A stretch of DNA of 64,000 bases, from positions 30,998-94,997 of the forward strand of contig JAETRQ010000004.1 of the NCBI GenBank assembly GCA_021770095.1. Reading direction: 5' to 3'. A program made the translations under genes and the position numbers. Under the pieces are notes generated by a model. That model worked only from the letters and a program-made list of their open reading frames with translations. It made no database searches and was not told the DNA's origin. Of this stretch, positions 20,275 to 29,305 are shown in pieces; within the stretch, counting starts at the first letter, position 1; each line of letters starts with the position of its first letter. This stretch comes from Eubacteriaceae bacterium. GTDB lineage: Bacteria > Bacillota > Clostridia > Oscillospirales > Acutalibacteraceae.

Positions 20275-21855
20275 ATGTCAGAAAATATTGATAAAAATTC
20301 TTTCCAAAAAATCAATGAATTGTTATCATCATCGAATTATAAAAAATTTTTTGATTCTAAAGATGATAAAAAAGATATTGATGGCAATAATGACAGAAAT
20401 GCAAACGATAATAGTGAGCAAAGTTCGGATTTAGACAAAAAAGTTAATCTTTATTTATTTGTTTCTTTTGACATTTGCAATTCAACGCAATTAAAGTCCA
20501 AAAGTGAAAATTGGTTTGAAATAATAAATAAATTATTAAATAAACCTTTTGATTGTAGCGATTTTTGGAAATTTAATGGCGATGAAGTTATATATAGGCG
20601 TGATGTTAGAAGTCTTGAGCATATTTGCGATGTAATTAAAGAAGCTTATAAACATTTAGATGAGCTAAACGAAGAATTTAATAGTATATACAACAATGTT
20701 TATGTGACATCAACAATTTGGATAGCTAGAACAAATGAGATTATAAAGCCTGATACTTATAATATCAAATTTTCAGTTAATGGATATAGTGAATATATTG
20801 GTAAAAATATAGATGAAGGTTTTCGCTTAACAAAAGAATCTTCAGCACAAAAAGTTGCCATTGATCCAAAAATTGTTTATTTAATATTAGAAGCTGAGCG
20901 TATCTTCAGTGATAGAACCTTTGATACTAATGTTGATTTTTTTAACAGTGTAAACGAAGTTAAAGAATCAGAAAGAAAAAAAGAAGTTCAAGACAAATTA
21001 GAAAGTATAAGGGACAGAATACATTTCATTGGTAGTACTAAGTGTAAAGGTATTTGGGATAATATGCCATATCCTATTTTTTGGTACTATGAAACTAAAA
21101 AAAGCAATCATAGAACTGAATATAATCAGTTCTTTAATGGATTTCATTTGTGGGATGAAATGAAAAAATTCAAATCTATAGATGACACATTCGTTAATAA
21201 GTTATACGAAGTTTTTAAAGTAGTCGGAATTATTCCTCAAGTTGAACAAATAACCGATTTGATTAGAATGAGTGCACCAGTTCCGAGTTCCTCTGAAACG
21301 AGAGCTAATTTGTATTATATGGTTGCTTGTGTTCACGAAAAGTCGGGAAAAGTTTTAATAGCAAAACGAAGTCAGTCTCGACAACATTTAAAAGGTGTAT
21401 GGGATTTTGGAAATGCCAAACATCAAAGTGTGAATATGGTAGCAACATTAAAGCAAGAATATAAAAATATATTTAATATTGATATTGATATTTTACAAGA
21501 TAAAGATCGAGAGTATAATCCTGTAATTCAAGGATATTGTACTATTTATAGAAATTGTTTACCTCATATAAGTTTACTTTTGGTTGCTAAAATAAATGGT
21601 ACAGACGAATTAACAGAAGAACAACTACTTGAGAGAATAAACAATAATTTAGCTGATGATTATGAAACAGTTAAATTTGTGAAACCCGAAGAAATAGAAT
21701 CTCTTTTTGTTCCTTTGAAAATGGAGGAAATACGACTAGATTCTAGGAATGATGAACTTGCTAATCATAATTTAGGTGAAAATAGGTGCATTATGTATTT
21801 TAAAGATTCTGTCATAAAGGCTTTGAAAGCATATAATTTATATGATGGTACATAA
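20275..21855 (+). CDS. 526-aa fusion protein with a class III nucleotidyl-cyclase-like N-terminal domain and a degenerate Nudix-like C-terminal domain
   Basis: The ATG is 2 nt after the upstream stop. Cyclase-like motifs: LFVSFDICNSTQL, KFNGDEVIY, GKNIDEGFRLTK. Nudix-fold pattern: VLIAKRSQSRQHLKGVWDFGNAK...ATLKQEYKNIFNIDI, with the catalytic Glu positions substituted. The CDS call is solid. The functional call is inference. Confidence 0.55.
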   Translation: MSENIDKNSFQKINELLSSSNYKKFFDSKDDKKDIDGNNDRNANDNSEQSSDLDKKVNLYLFVSFDICNSTQLKSKSENWFEIINKLLNKPFDCSDFWKFNGDEVIYRRDVRSLEHICDVIKEAYKHLDELNEEFNSIYNNVYVTSTIWIARTNEIIKPDTYNIKFSVNGYSEYIGKNIDEGFRLTKESSAQKVAIDPKIVYLILEAERIFSDRTFDTNVDFFNSVNEVKESERKKEVQDKLESIRDRIHFIGSTKCKGIWDNMPYPIFWYYETKKSNHRTEYNQFFNGFHLWDEMKKFKSIDDTFVNKLYEVFKVVGIIPQVEQITDLIRMSAPVPSSSETRANLYYMVACVHEKSGKVLIAKRSQSRQHLKGVWDFGNAKHQSVNMVATLKQEYKNIFNIDIDILQDKDREYNPVIQGYCTIYRNCLPHISLLLVAKINGTDELTEEQLLERINNNLADDYETVKFVKPEEIESLFVPLKMEEIRLDSRNDELANHNLGENRCIMYFKDSVIKALKAYNLYDGT

Positions 21856-21931
21856 AACTATTTTTAAATGATAGGCTACATTTTTAAATTTTTCTTTAGT
21901 TCTTCACAAAGTATTTTCATCCTAACCATTC

Positions 21932-21970
21932 GACCTTAGACAGTCTTATAACTTTCTAAGGTCTTATTTT
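21932..21970 (+). terminator. hairpin downstream of the cyclase-like gene
   Basis: Perfect 9-bp inverted repeat GACCTTAGA/TCTAAGGTC with a 14-nt loop, followed by TTATTTTA. Confidence 0.45.
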
Positions 21971-22137
21971 ATGCCCAAAATGGCTTAAATACAAGGAAAA
22001 TCGGTACTTTTGGCAAGCGCTTTAACTGATACAGACTAATACAAACCTCGCACAAAATTAAAGTTAAGGGGTAGATTTTAGGGGTACTGTTTAGGGTGAT
22101 ATTTTATACAATTTAATATATAAGACTTTTATACATA

Positions 22138-22174
22138 GCCACTTATTCTATTTTAGAATGAGTGGCATTTTTTT
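22138..22174 (+). terminator. strong rho-independent terminator-like hairpin immediately upstream of the ParB-like gene
   Basis: GCCACTTATTCTA/TAGAATGAGTGGC stem with loop TTT, followed by ATTTTTTT. A second small hairpin AGCCGTTA/TAACGGCT lies at 22179-22198. Confidence 0.6.
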
Positions 22175-22222
22175 ACACAGCCGTTACCAATAACGGCTAA
22201 ATCTGAACAAGGAGGTTAAAAG

Positions 22223-23128
22223 ATGAAAATAGAAAAGGAGGTAATAGATAGTGAAAGCAAACAAAAGAAAACATCAGAGTTAAAAAGTATTCCGTTGGAA
22301 CTGCTTGACGATTTCCCAAATCATCCGTTCAAAGTCAGAGATGATGAAGATATGCTTGAACTTATTGAGAGTGTAACAGAGCGTGGTGTGCTTGTTCCTG
22401 CAATGGTAAGACCCAAAGCTAATGGAAGATATGAACTCATATCAGGGCACCGAAGAAAAAGGGCAAGCGAATGTGTGGGTAAAGACACATTACAGTGCTT
22501 TGTTAAGGATTTGGATGATGCAGAAGCTGTTATCATTATGGTAGACAGCAATATCCAAAGGTCACATATTCCGCCGAGTGAAAAAGCCTTTGCGTATAAA
22601 ATGAAATTGGATGCAATGAATATGCAGGGAAAGCGGACTGATTTAACTTCTGTCCCACTGGGACAGAAGTTATCAAGACAAATTCTTTCTGAACAAACAG
22701 GAGAAAGCCAAACACAAATACAAAGGTATATTCGATTGACATTTCTTGTTCCCGAGCTGCTTGAACTTGTTGATGAGGGAAGAATGAAAATGCGCCCTGC
22801 TGTTGAACTTTCATATCTTGATGAAGATTGTCAGCGTGATTTGGTAGATGCAATAGATGAAGAAGATTGTACCCCTACTCACGCTCAGGCTATAAGGCTG
22901 CGAAAGGCTTTCAATGAAAACGCATTGACAAGAGATGCAATATTTATTGTTATGCAGGAAGAAAAACCGAATCAGAAAGACAGAATTATTCTGAAAGCAG
23001 ACACATTGAAAGATCTTATTCCGAATGGTGTATCGGAAAATAAAAGGCTCGAATATATCCGTAGGGCTTTGCAGTATTATGGTAAGTTTCTGCAAAGGCA
23101 AAGAATTAATGCAAAAGAAAGCAGATAA
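22223..23128 (+). CDS. ParB/Srx-like nuclease-domain protein
   Basis: FPNHPFKVRDDEDMLELIESV...GVLVPAMVRP...YELISGHRRKRA is a ParB N-terminal domain. This is typically the first gene of this ICE family. Confidence 0.85.
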   Translation: MKIEKEVIDSESKQKKTSELKSIPLELLDDFPNHPFKVRDDEDMLELIESVTERGVLVPAMVRPKANGRYELISGHRRKRASECVGKDTLQCFVKDLDDAEAVIIMVDSNIQRSHIPPSEKAFAYKMKLDAMNMQGKRTDLTSVPLGQKLSRQILSEQTGESQTQIQRYIRLTFLVPELLELVDEGRMKMRPAVELSYLDEDCQRDLVDAIDEEDCTPTHAQAIRLRKAFNENALTRDAIFIVMQEEKPNQKDRIILKADTLKDLIPNGVSENKRLEYIRRALQYYGKFLQRQRINAKESR

Positions 23129-23192
23129 AAAACAATCGCATTTTTGCAATAAATATATTATGATATATAATGTAGGCAAAGGAGAGATATGT

Positions 23193-23732
23193 ATGAAAAA
23201 ATCAGTTATATCTATTGCATTAATTTTGCTTTTACTGTTTGCCGGTTGCGGAAGAACTGAACAAGCAAAAGATGTAAGTTCAACATTACCCGTAGCAGAA
23301 AATACAACAGTATCAGAAAGCACAACCATATCAGAAGAAAAAACAACAAAATCCGAAACCACCACAAAGAAAAGTGATGATTCAGATACAACCGTAAGAC
23401 CCACTGAGCAAAAATCAGCAGGTCAGACCACACCTAAAAAAGTAACTACAACGCAAAAAAAAGCCACTACCGAAAAGCAGACAACTACCAAAAAAGTAAC
23501 CACCACTCAAAAACCTACAACCACTAAAAAGGTTACTACAACCGAAGAAGAATGGGATTGCAATGTAGACGGTCATTCCTGCAAAGAAGGTCCGATAGGT
23601 TGGTGCAACAGCTATGATGAAGCAGTAAATAAAGCAAAGAATTACATCGACCAAAATGCCGATTCAGGAGGATACCGAATTGAACATTGTTATTGGTGTG
23701 GTAAATATACTGCTGCAATCACTTTAGATTAA
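23193..23732 (+). CDS. lipoprotein with a Thr/Lys-rich tandem-repeat linker and a Cys-containing C-terminal domain
   Basis: Start at ATG 23193 (RBS AAAGGAGAG). Lipobox LLFAGC. Repeats KKVTTTQKKATTEKQTTTKKVTTTQKPTTTKKVTTT. Confidence 0.7.
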   Translation: MKKSVISIALILLLLFAGCGRTEQAKDVSSTLPVAENTTVSESTTISEEKTTKSETTTKKSDDSDTTVRPTEQKSAGQTTPKKVTTTQKKATTEKQTTTKKVTTTQKPTTTKKVTTTEEEWDCNVDGHSCKEGPIGWCNSYDEAVNKAKNYIDQNADSGGYRIEHCYWCGKYTAAITLD

Positions 23733-23815
23733 AAAAATAATATAGTACATTAAAGAGTCGAAAAATATTCGGCTCTTTTTTTGTACCCAAAATTCAAAAC
23801 GAAAGGAAGATTACT

Positions 23816-26800
23816 TTGAAAAATAAAATTAAAAAGTTATCTAAAAGAGCAGTTTCAATGCTCTTAACGCTGCTGATTATTTTATCAGCATTTCCGGCAA
23901 CAGTATTTGCTGCCGATTATATTACCGATATAAACAGCAACGCAAAGTTTGGTGTTATCAGCGGCTCGCTTGATAAATACGGACACGAAATGCACTATTC
24001 TACCTATGACGGTAAAACATATATTGTTTTTTGCGTTCAGTATGGAAAAACATCACCCGATGGAAGTACCTACGAATATGGTAAAGATTTTAAAAAATAT
24101 GTAAACCGTGAGGGTGATACCTACGAAAAAATTGCTGACTATATCGCATTCGGCTACACATTACAGCACGGTGACGGATTGCCGAACACTAAGCAGGAAT
24201 GGATAGACGCTTGCTGTACGCAACAGTTTGTATGGGAAACGCTTGGTGTAAATCCCACTCGTTCATCTTGGAACAGCACATATATGTCTGACAGTTTGTA
24301 TAAAAAGTGGAAAGATGACACCGAAGATTTAATTGATTTGTACTACAACAAACAGATTTCTTTTAACGGAGATACAAAGAAAATCAATCTCGGAGGCTCT
24401 GCTGCCCTTACAGATTCAAACGGTGTTTTGAAATACTATCCATCATTCAGTAAAACGGTTGATAAGGTAACTTTCTCTCATACAAAGGGAGAAAACAAAT
24501 TGAGTATTTCTGTTGCTGATAACTGCACAACACATTCGGTTAAATTCAAATCATCATCTTATGATATTTTTCAGGGACTGCCGACAGGTCAGCAGTATGA
24601 TGATAGCACAATGAATTATGTATATTTTGATTTTGAGAGCGGAAGTGTTCAAAATCTTATGTTTTCAAAATATGTTGATCCCCATTCGTTCAGCATTAAC
24701 ATAAATGTTGAATTTGGAAATTGTGAAATTCTGAAAACAAGTGAAGATGGCAAAGTCGATAATATCAAATTCAACTTTAATGGTAATGGCATTGACAAAG
24801 ATGTTGTGACTGACAGCAAGGGCAGAATATTTATTGGAAATATTCCCGTAGGTGTATATACAGTAACCGAATATCCGATTGATAAATATGTTGCTCCTAA
24901 ATCGCAGACAGTAACAATTAGCAATGGTCAGACTTCAACAGTTAATTTCAGCAATGTATTAAAGAAATTCAGAGTTACCGTTGTTAAATCAGATATTGAA
25001 AAAGGACACGCACAGGGTGATGCAAAACTCAGCGGTGCAAAGTACGGCATTTTTAAGGGCGAACAGTTAATTGACACCTACACCACAGACGATAACGCAT
25101 CTTTTACCACAAAGTATTATGTTTGCGGTAATGATTGGACAATCAGAGAAATTGCATCAAGTGAGGGATACCTTGTTAATGATGAAATTTACAAGGTCGG
25201 TGCAGACCCGAAACTTTATACCGTTGAACTTAATAATATTAATCTTGATGTAGTTGAAATGCCGATTAAAAACCGTATTTCACTTATTAAACATTCAGAT
25301 GACGGCAGTTCCAAGATTGAAACGCCTGAAAAAGACGCAGAGTTTGAGGTCTTTCTCAAATCATCGGGCGGTTATAATAATGCTGATGAAGATGAGAGAG
25401 ATGTTATTATAACGGACAAATACGGTTTTGGTTTTACCAAGTTGCTCCCTTACGGCACATATACTGTGCATCAGATAAAAGGAACGGAAGGCACAGAGTT
25501 TATTGCAGATTTTGATGTCTTTATTGACAGTGAGGAAAAGGAATATAAGTATCTTATCAATGACCCGTATTTCTATTCATTTCTCAAGGTAGTTAAAACT
25601 GATACCGAAACAGGAAAGCAGATTGCGTATACAGGGGCAGGCTTTGAACTTTATGCACCAAACGGTGAAAAGGTTGAAATGACCTACATCTATCCAACTC
25701 CTACTACGATTGACACATTCTATACAAACAGTGAAGGTTATCTTGTAACCCCTGAAAAATTAATCTACGGCGAGGGTTATAAGCTGGTTGAGGTACAGGC
25801 TCCGTATGGATATGTTCTTGATTCAACACCTATTGAATTTGATATAACACAGGAACACAGTACAAAAGAAAATGCACTGACTATTGTTAAGGTAGAAAGA
25901 CCTAATATTGCACAAAAAGGTGTGATTGAAATATCCAAAGAGGGTGACATATTTTCATCGGTTGGTATGCTCGGCGGCGGATATATTGATGAAAACGGCA
26001 ATGAGGTAACATTCCCAATCACTTATTCACCAATCTATGAAACAAGAAATCTTGCCAATGCAGTATTTCAGATTTATGCAGCCGAAGATATAATCACACT
26101 TGACGGAACAGTAAGAGCAGTTAAGGACGAGTTAGTAGACGAGATTACAACAACAGAAAATGGTGCAAAATCAAAAGAACTCTATCTCGGAAAATATACT
26201 GTGATTGAAAAGATTGCACCCGACACATTTGTTAATGCGAATGAACAGTACGATGTGGAATTAACCTACGCAGGACAGAATGTATCTGTAACATCAACAG
26301 CTCTTTCGGTATATAACGAAAGGCAGAAAGTATCTGTTTCACTTGCTAAGATTTTGGAAGAAAACGAAACATTCAAGCTCGGCAACAACGATGAAATCTT
26401 ATCCGTTCAGTTTGGTATTTTTGCCGATGAGGATATTACTGCTGCTGACGGCTCGATAATTCCGAAAGATGCGTTAATCACTTATGGTAACTGTGACGAG
26501 AACGGCAAACTCACATTTAACTGTGATTTACCAATCGGATATAAGTTCTACGCAAAAGAAATGGCAACCGATGAGCATTATATCCTCTCAAACGCCCATT
26601 ATGCCTTTGATACAGAATATCAGGGACAGGATATTGAAACCATCAATATTGACTTAAACGACGGCAAGTCTATTACCAATGAATTGATTTACGGCACAAT
26701 CAAAGGCTTGAAGATTGACCGTGAAACCGAAAAAGCAATCAAAGGTGCATTATTCGGATTATTCAATTCGAATGAAACTGAATATACAAAGGACAATGCC

Positions 26801-27493
26801 ATTCTCACTTGTGAAACAGACGAGAACGGCATTTTTGTTTTTGAGAATATTCCGTTTGGTAATTGGGTAGTTAAAGAATTACAGCCTGCTGAAAATTATC
26901 TGCCGACAGATGATATTCATCATATAACTGTAACGGATAACGAACAGATTATTGAAATCAAGGCAGTTAATGACCGTATCCCTGAACTGAAAACTACTGC
27001 AACAATCAATGGCGAAAAGGAAGTAACGGCAAAATGTGAAATCACCATTGAAGATGTTGTCGAATACAAGCATCTTGTTCCCGGTAAGGAATACAAGATT
27101 GTCGGCACGCTTATGGATAAAGCAACAGGCAAGCCGTTTGAGGTTGACGGAAAACCTGTTACAAGCGAGATAACCTTTACGCCCGAAAAATCAAGCGACA
27201 AGGTTAATGTTTCATTTACCTTTGATTCAAGTGTAATCAAAGAAGATACGGCGCTTGTTGTCTTTGAAACGCTTTACAGAGATAATGTAGAAATTGCAGT
27301 ACACGCAGATTTGAAAGATGATGGTCAGACAGTAAAAATTAATGTGCCTGTTCCGAAAAATCCAATAATTCCTAAAACCGGTGATGACAGCAATATTGCT
27401 TTATGGACTTCACTTGCAGGCTTTTCGGCACTTGGTATTATTGCATTAACCGCATCACTTATTCGCAAAAGAAAGAATAACAAGGAGGACTGA
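23816..27493 (+). CDS. sortase-anchored surface adhesin with Cna-B/SpaA-type and VaFE repeats
   Basis: 1225 aa with a signal peptide. Repeated G.Y.V.E..AP.GY-type modules, the VVFETLY (VaFE) motif, and a C-terminal IPKTGD sorting signal followed by a TM helix and RKRKNNK tail. A possible N-terminal thioester pair is FCVQ...CTQQFVW. Confidence 0.85.
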   Translation: MKNKIKKLSKRAVSMLLTLLIILSAFPATVFAADYITDINSNAKFGVISGSLDKYGHEMHYSTYDGKTYIVFCVQYGKTSPDGSTYEYGKDFKKYVNREGDTYEKIADYIAFGYTLQHGDGLPNTKQEWIDACCTQQFVWETLGVNPTRSSWNSTYMSDSLYKKWKDDTEDLIDLYYNKQISFNGDTKKINLGGSAALTDSNGVLKYYPSFSKTVDKVTFSHTKGENKLSISVADNCTTHSVKFKSSSYDIFQGLPTGQQYDDSTMNYVYFDFESGSVQNLMFSKYVDPHSFSININVEFGNCEILKTSEDGKVDNIKFNFNGNGIDKDVVTDSKGRIFIGNIPVGVYTVTEYPIDKYVAPKSQTVTISNGQTSTVNFSNVLKKFRVTVVKSDIEKGHAQGDAKLSGAKYGIFKGEQLIDTYTTDDNASFTTKYYVCGNDWTIREIASSEGYLVNDEIYKVGADPKLYTVELNNINLDVVEMPIKNRISLIKHSDDGSSKIETPEKDAEFEVFLKSSGGYNNADEDERDVIITDKYGFGFTKLLPYGTYTVHQIKGTEGTEFIADFDVFIDSEEKEYKYLINDPYFYSFLKVVKTDTETGKQIAYTGAGFELYAPNGEKVEMTYIYPTPTTIDTFYTNSEGYLVTPEKLIYGEGYKLVEVQAPYGYVLDSTPIEFDITQEHSTKENALTIVKVERPNIAQKGVIEISKEGDIFSSVGMLGGGYIDENGNEVTFPITYSPIYETRNLANAVFQIYAAEDIITLDGTVRAVKDELVDEITTTENGAKSKELYLGKYTVIEKIAPDTFVNANEQYDVELTYAGQNVSVTSTALSVYNERQKVSVSLAKILEENETFKLGNNDEILSVQFGIFADEDITAADGSIIPKDALITYGNCDENGKLTFNCDLPIGYKFYAKEMATDEHYILSNAHYAFDTEYQGQDIETINIDLNDGKSITNELIYGTIKGLKIDRETEKAIKGALFGLFNSNETEYTKDNAILTCETDENGIFVFENIPFGNWVVKELQPAENYLPTDDIHHITVTDNEQIIEIKAVNDRIPELKTTATINGEKEVTAKCEITIEDVVEYKHLVPGKEYKIVGTLMDKATGKPFEVDGKPVTSEITFTPEKSSDKVNVSFTFDSSVIKEDTALVVFETLYRDNVEIAVHADLKDDGQTVKINVPVPKNPIIPKTGDDSNIALWTSLAGFSALGIIALTASLIRKRKNNKED

Positions 27494-27496
27494 TTT

Positions 27497-27592
27497 ATGA
27501 CAGCAAAAACGATTATTGCAATCTGCTTGGTTGCATTTATTGTAGGCTGCTTTGTTTTCCTGCAGATTAAAAATCGCAAGAAAGACAATTAA
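27497..27592 (+). CDS. small single-TM protein (31 aa)
   Basis: The ATG is 4 nt after the adhesin stop and uses the AAGGAGGA within the adhesin 3' end as its RBS. Sequence MTAKTIIAICLVAFIVGCFVFLQIKNRKKDN. It is below the ORF-track size cutoff. Confidence 0.35.
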   Translation: MTAKTIIAICLVAFIVGCFVFLQIKNRKKDN

Positions 27593-27652
27593 AACTCAAA
27601 ACATCATGGGCAGTATTTAACTGCCCTTTTATTTTATCCAAAGGAGAAATCT

Positions 27653-28006
27653 ATGCTTTATTTTGATAAAAACATCGCAGTCAGATACGGTGTCAGAAGT
27701 GCTGTAATAATGCAGTATGTATGGGAAAACATTTTGAACAATGAGGAAGATGTAATGGAAATGAATGGTGATATATGGTATCGCAGTTCAGCCGTTATAA
27801 CATCAAGCATACTGCCTTTTTATTCAAAAGACCAGATACAGCGTTCTTTCAATTATCTCGTGAAATGCGGTGTATTAAAGAAAAAGAAACTTTCAAAATC
27901 AAAGTTTGATCATACAAATTGGTATGCGTTTACTGAGTATGGAAACGAAATTATGTTAAAAAGTGAGGAGGAAGAAAACGCAAGGAATGAAGAAAAAGAA
28001 ATATGA
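27653..28006 (+). CDS. hypothetical protein (possible winged-helix)
   Basis: 117 aa with RBS AAAGGAGA. No confident motif. Confidence 0.5.
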   Translation: MLYFDKNIAVRYGVRSAVIMQYVWENILNNEEDVMEMNGDIWYRSSAVITSSILPFYSKDQIQRSFNYLVKCGVLKKKKLSKSKFDHTNWYAFTEYGNEIMLKSEEEENARNEEKEI

Positions 28007-28145
28007 TTGCTCAAAGTGTAATTACCGTGACAGAACAATCAATTTCTGCGGATTTTGTACGAAACGATTACTTGACGAAATGAAGGAGGCTAAAGCGAAA
28101 AATGGGAAACAAAGCAACATTTCAGACCAAATCAAGAGTTCTTAA
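27987..28145 (+). CDS. small Cys-rich (zinc-ribbon-like) protein
   Basis: MKKKKYDCSKCNYRDRTINFCGFC contains CxxC...CxxC. The start is inferred. Confidence 0.35.
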   Translation: MKKKKYDCSKCNYRDRTINFCGFCTKRLLDEMKEAKAKNGKQSNISDQIKSS

Positions 28146-28329
28146 CAAACTGTTTGAAAACGGCTACACCACTGAAAAAGATTTACAGTCCTTAACACTT
28201 GAAAATGCACTTGCAATTAATTCAATTACCATTCCCGAACTTACTGTAATTATGGAGTTACAGAAATATGCAAAGGCAGGCAAACTCTTTTCTTATCTGG
28301 GAGGTGATATAGATAATACAGCAAACTGA
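28102..28329 (+). CDS. hypothetical protein
   Basis: 75-aa ORF co-oriented within the ICE. Confidence 0.4.
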   Translation: MGNKATFQTKSRVLNKLFENGYTTEKDLQSLTLENALAINSITIPELTVIMELQKYAKAGKLFSYLGGDIDNTAN

Positions 28330-28339
28330 TACCATTACA

Positions 28340-29305
28340 ATGCGCGTAATGAAAGAAAATGAAATGCGTTACTGTTTGATTCAGAATCAGCAGATAAATA
28401 TGATTACCGGGCGCATAGGATATATGCACAGCGATTTCAACAGTGACGGCGAGAGTTTAAATTCAACTTGGTTTGATGAAGTTGAAAGCCGTAATTCATT
28501 TAAATTTCAGGAAACATTAAACAGCGTGATTGATGTTTTGCAGAATGATCCTCAGTATAGAGGAGTAATCAGAAATGCAGAAGATATGAAACTCTTATGT
28601 TCAACAAGACCGAACAGCAGATTACCAGTAAATCTGCATAGCAATAGTTACGGTTTCAGAGTTGATACAGATAATTATGCTTTTCTTTTATGCTGTAATG
28701 TAAATCCTGAACATTACAGCTTTTCAATTACTGCATATTTGAGAGAAACATTTGACAGTCATATTAAAAATGCAGAAAAAGGCATCAGATTTATCAACAG
28801 TAATTACAAGACACTATTCACAATTCCTGACGGAGATACAATTCAGATTACACTTGATAACGGTGAACAATATACCCGAATTTGCAGATATGTTGATGAT
28901 TATCATTTTCAGACTATAAACGGTTTTGAAGAAAAGTATGTCAATCTGTTTCATATCTGCCAATTTGCCGAGCTTATGGAGAAAAACGGAAACACTGTTG
29001 TTCCCCTTCGCTCATCACTTCCCGATGACTGTTTTGTGTATCTTGAAAGCACGAATGAAATTGCGTTAATCCAAAAAGGTGCTCTGGGATATTTTCAAAC
29101 CGATTATGCCGTAGCAGATGCAGATGAAAATAAGAATAATGTTATTCTTCTGAATAAATCAAGGAAAATCACACCTGCTCAGTATGAAGCCATGAAAGCA
29201 GGCTCAATGTTCGGCTGGGCAGTTCCTGCCGCTGATCCTAAAAATTATGATGATAAAGGAATACCCCTTAAATCTAAAATCAGAGAACTCGGTGACTCAA
29301 GATGA
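28340..29305 (+). CDS. hypothetical ICE protein
   Basis: 321-aa ORF, coupled to the next gene by an ATGA overlap. Confidence 0.6.
   Translation: MRVMKENEMRYCLIQNQQINMITGRIGYMHSDFNSDGESLNSTWFDEVESRNSFKFQETLNSVIDVLQNDPQYRGVIRNAEDMKLLCSTRPNSRLPVNLHSNSYGFRVDTDNYAFLLCCNVNPEHYSFSITAYLRETFDSHIKNAEKGIRFINSNYKTLFTIPDGDTIQITLDNGEQYTRICRYVDDYHFQTINGFEEKYVNLFHICQFAELMEKNGNTVVPLRSSLPDDCFVYLESTNEIALIQKGALGYFQTDYAVADADENKNNVILLNKSRKITPAQYEAMKAGSMFGWAVPAADPKNYDDKGIPLKSKIRELGDSR

Noticed and set aside
22811-23404. 197-aa minus-strand ORF spanning the parB-like 3' end and the lipoprotein 5' end
   Set aside because: It overlaps two better-supported + strand genes. Its translation is repetitive (the mirror of the Thr-rich repeats).
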